This document shows, one piece after another, positions 45,033 through 52,274 of a stretch of 59,006 nucleotides of DNA. The notes beneath the pieces are model-generated. The model had not been told where the DNA came from. It ran no database searches and saw only the letters and a program-made list of their open reading frames with translations. Location of the stretch: positions 1 through 59,006 of IMG/VR virus record IMGVR_UViG_3300032770_001058. One strand, written 5' to 3'. The position numbers were made by a program, and so were the translations under genes. Every line of letters starts with the position of its first letter. The stretch's first letter is position 1. Origin of the DNA: a virus. Lineage: Duplodnaviria > Caudoviricetes.

Positions 45033-45926
45033 ATGCGTCATCAGGAGATATTTGACTCCGACCCTCAGTCCGAGATGGACCTGGGCCAACCCAAACAGAA
45101 TGCCATCCAGTTTCCCGTCACTCTTGCCGAACGCTACCAGCCGCGCCACATCGCCGAATTCATCGGCTTAGAACATCCCAAGCGGCTGCTCACCAACCTG
45201 ATCGCCAAGCCTCGACCATGCCCTCTGCTCTTCATCGGCCCGCCTGGAGCTGGGAAGACCGCGATGGGCGTGACCTTCGCGGTCGAACTACCCGGCGCGC
45301 TGCACCATGTCAGCGCGCAAAAGTGCGATGTCGCGGCACTGGACGCGCTGGGCGAGAAATTCTCCTACATCCCGCCCAGGGGCCGATTCTGGATTTCGCT
45401 GATTGACGAAGCCGACCAAATGACCGAGAAGGCGCAACTGCAACTGCTATCCCGCTTGGATGGGACAGCCGCACTGCGGCCGGTATTCGGTGGCGGATTT
45501 GAACGCGGCGAGCCGTTGCCGATCATCTGGATTTTCACGGCTAACGGTCGAGGGTCAAAGCAGATAGAGCCGCCATACAGTTTCGCGTCCCGCTTCCTCT
45601 CGCGCTGTATGATCGTGCCCTTCGAACTCCCGACTCAGGCTGAACTCGCCGCGTATCTGCGCAAACTGTGGGAATTGGAAGGCGGTGGGCCGACGCCCGC
45701 CGACTATTTCGACTACATCGCCGACGACTGCGCTGTCCGCGATGCCCTGATGAAACTCGAAGTCGATCTGCTGGCCGGCCCGCGCGCGCGACCTGTGCCG
45801 GAGATCACCGACCAGCCTCAACCGAAACCGGTAACTTGTGACCGAGGAGCAAACCAATGGGACGACCCGGAAATTCGCAAACGCCGAATCGAAGGAATCC
45901 GCGCGGCTATGGCGAAAAGAAAGTAA
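45033..45926 (+). CDS. AAA+ ATPase of the clamp-loader clade with C-terminal WDDPEIR motif
   Basis: LAERYQP....EFIG, GPPGAGKT, IDEADQMT..AQ..LL, FTAN, FLSRC, VRDAL..LE. Confidence 0.8.
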   Translation: MRHQEIFDSDPQSEMDLGQPKQNAIQFPVTLAERYQPRHIAEFIGLEHPKRLLTNLIAKPRPCPLLFIGPPGAGKTAMGVTFAVELPGALHHVSAQKCDVAALDALGEKFSYIPPRGRFWISLIDEADQMTEKAQLQLLSRLDGTAALRPVFGGGFERGEPLPIIWIFTANGRGSKQIEPPYSFASRFLSRCMIVPFELPTQAELAAYLRKLWELEGGGPTPADYFDYIADDCAVRDALMKLEVDLLAGPRARPVPEITDQPQPKPVTCDRGANQWDDPEIRKRRIEGIRAAMAKRK

Positions 45927-46330
45927 TTCTCGTCGCCGCTTGCCGCATGGGCGAATGCTGCCGGTTTCACGGGCGTGTCGTCGAGTCCCCTGCGGTCGAG
46001 AGCGCCCTGCGAGTCTTACCGAATGTGCCAGTCTGCCCCGAAATGGCCGCTGGCCTGGGCTGCCCGCGCGCAGCCACGCACAAGCGCAAAGGCCGCCACT
46101 TCTGCGGCGACGTCGATGTCACCGAGCTGCTGCAGCGGACCTGCGCTAAGCTGGCCGCAAAGTACGCCGAGTCGGCCGCGTACTACATCGGCGTTCGAGG
46201 CTCACCGACTTGCGACCCGCAGCACGGCATCTTTACTGCTGCTCTGCGTCGGCTTGGGGTGCCGTCGCGCCTGAGCGTGCGGCCTGGTGATCGCGAAAGC
46301 GCTGCTCACCCGAATTTGCCATTCGGGTAA
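45857..46330 (+). CDS. DUF523 / thiouracil desulfidase-like Fe-S protein
   Basis: ILVAAC..G.CCRF.G, PVCPEMAAGLG.PR, SPTC, G.F.A.L...G. Homology starts near 45923, so the true start is unclear. Confidence 0.7.
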   Translation: MGRPGNSQTPNRRNPRGYGEKKVILVAACRMGECCRFHGRVVESPAVESALRVLPNVPVCPEMAAGLGCPRAATHKRKGRHFCGDVDVTELLQRTCAKLAAKYAESAAYYIGVRGSPTCDPQHGIFTAALRRLGVPSRLSVRPGDRESAAHPNLPFG

Positions 46331-47642
46331 AGTCCTTCTTCTCGCTGCCCGAAGGCCCGCCACTTTGCCAAGTGCCCGGGCCCAGCCGGTTCTCCCACCA
46401 AACCAGCTCACTCCAGGTATCAGGAAAGTTCGCGCGCGTTGCGGCATACGCTTCTGTTCGCTGGCCGGGACAGATGCGGCAGGCCGTGCGGCAGAGCCCG
46501 CGGCCGTAGCCTTCCCACAGCGGCATCTGGACGTCCGCAATCAGCTTTTCGCAGATCTCCTTCTGCGAGAAGTAAAGCGGCTGGAAGAATTTGTAATCCT
46601 TCATGCGCTCGACGACCAGGAAGCGCGATTCCTGCACCTTCCCATGCAGCCGGGACCGCTCCGACGCGCGCCCACCACGCACGATCACCACTTCCTCAGC
46701 CTTAAAGCCGGCGACGAAGTTGTCCAGTGTCTCGTGCAGAATCTCGTGACACCAGGGGAAGTGCGGCGACGGCCAGCCCTGCTTGTCGAGCTCCTCGTAA
46801 ATCGTCACCTTCGAGCGGAGGATCTTCAAGATGAAGCGGCTGCCGAAGAAATCGCGACTGGCGATCAGGTGCTGCGGCATCGTCGGGAACTCGGAACCCA
46901 GGTCAGCGTACATCAGGATCACTTCGGCTTCGGGCAGGAAGTGATGCACCCATAGCGTAGCCGCGCTGGAATCCTTCCCCCCGGAGAACTCGACCAGGAC
47001 CTTGCGCCCTTTCAGGACAGCCATCTCTTCTTCGGTGGGCGCAAATTCCGCCAGACTCTCGGCCACACTGAATCGTGCCTTATCAGCCTCACTTAGTCCA
47101 CCGCCGCCGCCGGCATGCTCGCGCCCGAACATCGCGCGCTGTTCCTGCTCAGAGAAGAACGGCTTTAGATCGAGCTCGGCGGACAGATCATGAAGCACCT
47201 TCGGATCCCACTCCAGGCCCAGCTCGGCCGCGCGATTGTCGGCCAGGGCGAGCTCGCGCGCCTTTGGGTCATTGAGATCGAGATCGGTACGTTGCACGGC
47301 GACCAGCTTCGTGCCGTCGCAGGGCACGATCACGACGTCCTGGAGGCCAGCCGCGCCCGCCTGCTCGACCGTCTTGTTTCCGGCGATGATGCGGCCCTTG
47401 CGGTCCAGCAGGATCGAGCGGCCCGCGCCGTATTCTTTCAACGAACGCGCGACGAATTCGCGCCCGCGCTTCGTGCCTTTGTTGGCATTGCGGTCGTCTT
47501 GCACAAGGTCACTGATCTTCGCGAGCTGCTGTTCGCTCGGCTTCGGCGCTGGCATCGGCTCAGGCTGCGGCTGCTCAGGCTTCGATTGTTCAGGCTGGGC
47601 TTTCGACACTGGTTTAGCGGCTTTGGCCTTCTTCTCAGGCAT
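46233..47642 (-). CDS. ParB/Srx-like N-terminal domain fused to a PAPS-reductase-like PP-loop domain
   Basis: D.RNA......SL.EYGAGRSIL.D..G.IIAGN, LALADNR..EL..WD; FSGGKDS, D.GSEFP, WC, G.R.SE..R, R..C..CP. Confidence 0.75.
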   Translation of the reverse strand: MPEKKAKAAKPVSKAQPEQSKPEQPQPEPMPAPKPSEQQLAKISDLVQDDRNANKGTKRGREFVARSLKEYGAGRSILLDRKGRIIAGNKTVEQAGAAGLQDVVIVPCDGTKLVAVQRTDLDLNDPKARELALADNRAAELGLEWDPKVLHDLSAELDLKPFFSEQEQRAMFGREHAGGGGGLSEADKARFSVAESLAEFAPTEEEMAVLKGRKVLVEFSGGKDSSAATLWVHHFLPEAEVILMYADLGSEFPTMPQHLIASRDFFGSRFILKILRSKVTIYEELDKQGWPSPHFPWCHEILHETLDNFVAGFKAEEVVIVRGGRASERSRLHGKVQESRFLVVERMKDYKFFQPLYFSQKEICEKLIADVQMPLWEGYGRGLCRTACRICPGQRTEAYAATRANFPDTWSELVWWENRLGPGTWQSGGPSGSEKKDFTRMANSGEQRFRDHQAARSGATAPQADAEQQ

Positions 47643-47675
47643 GGTGACTCCTTGACGTTGGAAAAAATCGAAAAA

Positions 47676-47752
47676 CTTTATTTCGCGGCTGCGCGTGCGG
47701 CACTGGCGTGCGGTCTACGCGCTCGGCTCTCCGAAGTTTTTTACCCACCATA
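47676..47752 (-). other. Candidate cos (packaging) site
   Basis: Non-coding gap just downstream of the HNH gene; minus strand GGTGGGTAAAAAACT...AGACCG...CGCGAAAT resembles the layout I associate with cos regions of HNH/P27-terminase phages. Confidence 0.4.
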
Positions 47753-47998
47753 TAAAAGGCGAAAGAGGCAAAAACATGGTGGTGAAAGTCGAGCGAAGGT
47801 CATCGATCGCTACTTTCGCCGCGTTTTCACTGTCTCTTTTCAAGGTCGAGTGAGGAGCAGAGGAGACGAGGGAGCGGTAGTTTCCCTGCGCGGGTCGATA
47901 GAACCGGGCCGCAGGAGAACGGCAGATCGAAGCGAAGAGTGACTAAGGAGCGGGCGAAATGACGCTGAATTCGCGCCATTTCGGTCACAATCCCTCTA

Positions 47999-48328
47999 CT
48001 AAACGCGCCCACCTTTGCCACCCAAGCTGTCGTGATGAGGGCCACAGAGTGCCTGCACATTGTCCTCATCGAACAGAGCGCCGCCATCTTCCAGTCTGAT
48101 GACGTGGTGCAGCTCGGTTGCTGGTCGCTCACAACCGCAACTAGCCTCACACAATGGACGGCTAAATAGAACAGCGGAGCGGAACTTGCGCCATCGTCGG
48201 TCGTATTGACGCTGGGTGGAACTGCCGCGCTGGACTTCGATCTTGCGCTGATGAGCAGGGCAGTAACCCGACGGGACGAGCGCGCCGCAGTGAGGCTGGG
48301 CGCAGGGCCTGAGCGGAGCAACGGGCAT
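47999..48328 (-). CDS. Terminase-associated HNH endonuclease (HK97 gp74-like)
   Basis: C..P.C...V..GYC..H, Y.RRW..FR...L...PLC, ATE.HH, N.QALC..HH. Confidence 0.85.
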   Translation of the reverse strand: MPVAPLRPCAQPHCGALVPSGYCPAHQRKIEVQRGSSTQRQYDRRWRKFRSAVLFSRPLCEASCGCERPATELHHVIRLEDGGALFDEDNVQALCGPHHDSLGGKGGRV

Positions 48329-48655
48329 CTACGACGCTGCTGAGACTTCCACTTCGAAGCGTGCGATGCCGTGCGAGCGAAAGACCTTATCTTCCCCGGC
48401 GAACACATCGACGACAGTCGCCTGCTTCTTCTCGCCGAGCCGATGGAATTTCTTCTCACCAAGCAGCTTGAGCAGAACCTGGTCGAACTCCGAGCCCAGC
48501 TCGACCGCTTCGCCGGGTTCGACCATCGCGCGCAGCGCGCGCAAATAGTCGTCTGACCGGCCATAGTGACGCGCTCCGAGAGCGCGCGCCTTCAGGTGCT
48601 TAATGACCAGTTCAGCGGGTGTCACTGGCTTGGCTGGTTTCTTCCTCACTGACAT
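48329..48655 (-). CDS. Hypothetical protein
   Basis: Abuts the HNH gene; AAGGAG RBS. Confidence 0.55.
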   Translation of the reverse strand: MSVRKKPAKPVTPAELVIKHLKARALGARHYGRSDDYLRALRAMVEPGEAVELGSEFDQVLLKLLGEKKFHRLGEKKQATVVDVFAGEDKVFRSHGIARFEVEVSAAS

Positions 48656-48872
48656 TCGAAACTCCTTCGACAACTAGGTTTTGCCGTTGGCCGACCAGCA
48701 CGTGATCGGTCATCTCTTCGATCTTGTCGATGGCGCTGGGCCGCTTCGGAATGAATTCGCCCCAGGGCGTTTCGTTCGCGGGTTTCCGGAGTTGGAAAAG
48801 CAGGGCGACCATAAGCGCGATCAGAATGCAGTCGAGCGCGACGGCGACTGCGAAAGCGATGAGGGTCAACAT
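48612..48872 (-). CDS. Hypothetical single-TM protein
   Basis: MLTLIAFAVAVALDCILIALMVALLF...; overlaps both neighbours. Confidence 0.45.
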   Translation of the reverse strand: MLTLIAFAVAVALDCILIALMVALLFQLRKPANETPWGEFIPKRPSAIDKIEEMTDHVLVGQRQNLVVEGVSNVSEEETSQASDTR

Positions 48873-49195
48873 AGGACAAACGCCGTCTCTCTGCCCAGGC
48901 GTTTCGCCGCAGCCGCATCTGGGATTCGGTCGGCGATGACGACGTTCTTTCGATCTGGGACGAAGAGGCCACGGGCAGCGAAGGCCAGCTTCACGTCGTC
49001 GGTGCGGATCTCGGTAATGAAGTTGTGAGCGCCCAGTTCGCGCAGCTTGTCGGCTACGACGATCAGGCCTCCCAAGTACCACATGATTGCTTCTCGGTTG
49101 CGGTCGCGTTCGCGCTGCAGCAGCTCGACGCACAGTGCCGCGCCAAGGCTGGTTAGAGCGCGGACCGCCCGTTTACGTTCGGATTTCGTGCTCAT
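48866..49195 (-). CDS. Hypothetical protein, likely first gene of the late operon
   Basis: 109-aa ORF co-oriented with and overlapping the downstream gene. Confidence 0.5.
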   Translation of the reverse strand: MSTKSERKRAVRALTSLGAALCVELLQRERDRNREAIMWYLGGLIVVADKLRELGAHNFITEIRTDDVKLAFAARGLFVPDRKNVVIADRIPDAAAAKRLGRETAFVLC

Positions 49196-49241
49196 TTTTC
49201 CGGTTCGCTTCGTGGACTTGATAACGGTTTTCTAAACCGCT

Positions 49242-49269
49242 GCTATCGGCGCGATAGTTCGCCGAACTC
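49242..49269. promoter_or_regulatory. 11-bp-phased GATATC-like repeat, site 6
   Basis: GCTATC ggcgc GATAGT tcgcc GAACTC; same gccGAACTC end as site 1; the minus strand contains GCCGATAG. Confidence 0.4.
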
Positions 49270-49333
49270 TCTAAAAATTTGAGGTTTGCTAATCAGCCGC
49301 ACCGGGTGTGGGCTTTTGGTGGGCTTTTTTGTT

Positions 49334-50437
49334 TTAACTTTCCAGCTTGCGCATGGCAGCAACGACATCCGGATCGAGCGTCTTGATGTAACACTTCTGC
49401 GTGACGCTCACATTCGAGTGGCGCAAGATGCGCTGAATGACGTTATCTGAGACGCCGAGATGATGAAGAACAGTCGCCAGGCCCCGCCGGAAAGCGTGCC
49501 AGCCGTGCCAAGCCAGACCGTGGCCGGCCAGAGTCGGTGCAATCACCTTGCGCGCCAGCACATCGAGGTTGATGGGCGCGCCGCTGGCGCTTTGGAAAAT
49601 CAACCCGCTCGGCTGTTGAAGCCGATTGAGCCGGTCCGCGAGCTGGGCAATTACCGGGATCGGCGCTTTGCTCGTCTTAGTCTTGGGTTCGAGCTGATGA
49701 CTGCGCCAGAAGGTCCGCTGCACCTTTAGTTGCTCGCCATCGTAATCTTCCCAGCGAAACCCGCGAATCTCGCTCTTGCGAGCTCCCGTAAACGCTGCGA
49801 CTGTTACGATCGTCGCGGCGGGATCGTCGAGAACCGCGATCATCTGCTGAATTTCGGCCAGGCTGTAGGCGTAGGTTTCGGCGGCGGGTTTTGCCTTCGG
49901 CAGCTCGACATCATGCATCGGGTTCGGCGTGTTGATGATGCCGAGCCGCTTTGCCGCGTGGAAGGCCCCGCTGAGAAATGCCTTGATGTGGCGCAACGTT
50001 GTGATACTCAGATCACGCGCGCGCTGCAGCTCGGCCAGAATGCGCTCTCCGGTCGCAATGTCGAAGTCGCGCAGCACAATTGCCGCGTGCGGCTTCAAGT
50101 ACAACAGCCACATGTTGCGGTAGCCGCGAAACGTGCTGATGCGCTTCTGCGACTCGACTGCCGGAAGGTAGATTTCTTCGACAAACTGTCCGAGAGTTGT
50201 GTTCGCTAGTGGCGCCCGGGCTTCATTCTTCGGCGCAATAAATTCGTCGGCCAGAGTCCGGGCCGCGCCCTTCGTCTTATAGTCGCCGATCGCGGCAGCG
50301 AGCCGATGCGTAACTCGCCTGCGCTGGAGGCTGCCATCAGGAAGCCTCACCGTCTCGCGGTAACGCAGGAACCATGTATTGCCTTTCTTGAAGAGAAAAC
50401 CGCGCTGATGGCGCGTACGCTGCCTACTCACATACAT
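49334..50437 (-). CDS. int: Tyrosine recombinase / integrase
   Basis: Arm-binding N-terminus (QRG.L.K....W.LRYRE); catalytic TGARKSE, K (PKT), HAFRR, LRH, Y. Confidence 0.9.
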   Translation of the reverse strand: MYVSRQRTRHQRGFLFKKGNTWFLRYRETVRLPDGSLQRRRVTHRLAAAIGDYKTKGAARTLADEFIAPKNEARAPLANTTLGQFVEEIYLPAVESQKRISTFRGYRNMWLLYLKPHAAIVLRDFDIATGERILAELQRARDLSITTLRHIKAFLSGAFHAAKRLGIINTPNPMHDVELPKAKPAAETYAYSLAEIQQMIAVLDDPAATIVTVAAFTGARKSEIRGFRWEDYDGEQLKVQRTFWRSHQLEPKTKTSKAPIPVIAQLADRLNRLQQPSGLIFQSASGAPINLDVLARKVIAPTLAGHGLAWHGWHAFRRGLATVLHHLGVSDNVIQRILRHSNVSVTQKCYIKTLDPDVVAAMRKLES

Positions 50438-50885
50438 GCGGAGTTTGTGAGACGATTCGATCCGCCCAGCTCGCGCGGCCCTGTAGCGGGTCCCATTCCT
50501 CAACTTTGTCCTGGGCGGCCCGGACGCGGCCGGCACTGATGTAAGACTCGTGACTGCCGCGCTCCCAATCATCGAAGATCGTGCACGGCAGTCCGACATT
50601 GGCAAGAACGTCCGCGAGCGTTATCGAGGCAGGATTGTTTGCGGATTTGCTAGGCGGAGGAGGAACAGGGAGGAGCGCGATCGCGCGGACTCGCTGCGCG
50701 ACCGCGCCTGCGTAGCGGAGAATGCGGGCCTTGCCTTGGGCCAGAAGCTGCACCGCTCGATCTGCCGGAATGTAGCGAACGAACTGCTCGAATTCATCGT
50801 GAAGTCCAACATTGAACCGATTGTTTCGCATGTGCGCCCCTAAAAGTAACGGCCCGTCGCCGATGACGGGCCTCAATTGACTCAT
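50424..50885 (-). CDS. Hypothetical protein
   Basis: Overlaps the integrase start; no family recognised. Confidence 0.4.
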   Translation of the reverse strand: MSQLRPVIGDGPLLLGAHMRNNRFNVGLHDEFEQFVRYIPADRAVQLLAQGKARILRYAGAVAQRVRAIALLPVPPPPSKSANNPASITLADVLANVGLPCTIFDDWERGSHESYISAGRVRAAQDKVEEWDPLQGRASWADRIVSQTPHVCE

Positions 50886-51219
50886 GCAGACCGAACAGGT
50901 ACACGTCGGCCGTAGCTCAACTCCCGCTGCGCGTGGCGAGGCCTTCTAAGGGCGCGCTCGACCTTCTGTGGCCGAAGGAAACGTGCTAACAGCTCGTTGC
51001 AGACCTTTTAGGCTAGCGGCGGGCCTCGCTGAGAAGCAACGCCCAGAGAGTTTGATTTCGCTTACCTAAGTACCTGCCCGACTTCCGTTTCGGGAATTCT
51101 TCAAAGTATGCCGTTTCTGATGACGCTGTGTCGTGATGCAGGGCACGTCGCCGCGTGACCTGGTTAACGTCGTGGACCAGGCACGCCCGTGACCTGCCTG
51201 GTGCCTCCGACTTCTATTT

Positions 51220-51247
51220 GGTATCGAGCGGATATCCGCGTGATATC
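51220..51247. promoter_or_regulatory. 11-bp-phased GATATC repeat, site 7 (parA promoter region)
   Basis: GGTATC gagcg GATATC cgcgt GATATC. Confidence 0.6.
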
Positions 51248-51272
51248 TTCACCCTGAGCACGCGGAACTGAC

Positions 51273-51992
51273 ATGATCATCACCGTAGGCGGAATCAAGG
51301 GCGGCAGTGGCAAGACGACGATCGCGACCAACCTGGCCGTGATGCGCGCGCGGGAGCGATTCTGGACGCCACAGGTGCACAAGCGGATCCCGGACGAACA
51401 TTTTCAGGTATTGCTCATCGACGCCGATGACCAGCAGACCGCCGCCGATTTCACCGCGCGCCGCGCTCTGGAAGGGCACGATTCGACCTTCACCTGCATT
51501 CAGCTCGCCGGGACCGCCGTAAGAACTGAAACCTTGAAGCTGAAAGGGAAGTACGACGACATCATCATCGACGTGGGCGGTCACGATACTACTAGCCAGC
51601 GCGCGGCGCTTTCCATCGCCGACCTGCTACTCGTGCCCTTCGTGCCGCGCAGCTTCGACGTGTGGACGTTGGAGAAGATTGCCGAGCTGGTCGACGAAAT
51701 GCGGCAGGCGAATCCTCACCTGATGGCCTGGACCTTCCTCAATCGCGCCGACCCGCGCGGCCAAGACAACGAACAGGCGGCGGCGCTACTGCGGGAAAAC
51801 GCATTTCTGCGCTTCGTCGATGCGCCGCTGGGCTCGCGCAAGGCTTTTGCGAATGCAGCGGCAGAGGGCCTGGGTGTGGTCGAAATGAACGGCTGTGGTG
51901 ATGAGAAGGCCGTTGCGGAAATGCGCGCACTTTACGCGATCGTGTTCGAGACCTTCGATAAGAGGGGAGACAAGCATGGCAGTCACGCCTAA
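51273..51992 (+). CDS. parA: ParA family ATPase (short, type Ib)
   Basis: KGGSGKTT.A.NLA, LLIDAD.Q, IIIDVGG, AD....P..P..FD, R.AF..A...G.GV.E. Confidence 0.9.
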   Translation: MIITVGGIKGGSGKTTIATNLAVMRARERFWTPQVHKRIPDEHFQVLLIDADDQQTAADFTARRALEGHDSTFTCIQLAGTAVRTETLKLKGKYDDIIIDVGGHDTTSQRAALSIADLLLVPFVPRSFDVWTLEKIAELVDEMRQANPHLMAWTFLNRADPRGQDNEQAAALLRENAFLRFVDAPLGSRKAFANAAAEGLGVVEMNGCGDEKAVAEMRALYAIVFETFDKRGDKHGSHA

Positions 51993-52224
51993 GCCAGCAG
52001 CGAAGAGTAAGGTCGATGTGGACGCGCTCATTCGCAAAGGCGGTTCACCGGCTGCGAACGGCGATATTCGGTCGACCGTCCCACTGAAATTGCGCGTGCC
52101 AGCACCGATGCTGCGCCAAGTGGATGAGATTGTGGCCGCGCGCAAGGTCCCCACGCCGCGCCATTCCTGGCTGCTGGAAGCCATTCACGAGAAGATCGTG
52201 CGCGACTCGCGGCGCCCGACGTGA
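51976..52224 (+). CDS. Small ribbon-helix-helix-like partition protein (ParG-like)
   Basis: Flexible N-terminus then LKLRVP..ML..VD........PR..WL.EAI.EK; overlaps the parA stop. Confidence 0.65.
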   Translation: MAVTPKPAAKSKVDVDALIRKGGSPAANGDIRSTVPLKLRVPAPMLRQVDEIVAARKVPTPRHSWLLEAIHEKIVRDSRRPT

Positions 52225-52274
52225 AAAATAATTCGGCATTTCCGCAAGCCAGATACTGGGAGAGGTGAAACTCG

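Noticed and set aside
49280-49300. GGTTTGCTAATC as a tRNA-Ser fragment marking att
   Set aside because: Only an anticodon-loop-like string; no tRNA 3' half and no second copy seen in the window.
45745-51130. Other CTGATGA strings (about 45747, 48086, 48249, 49694, 51117)
   Set aside because: No correctly placed GAAA or supporting stems; most are inside coding sequence.
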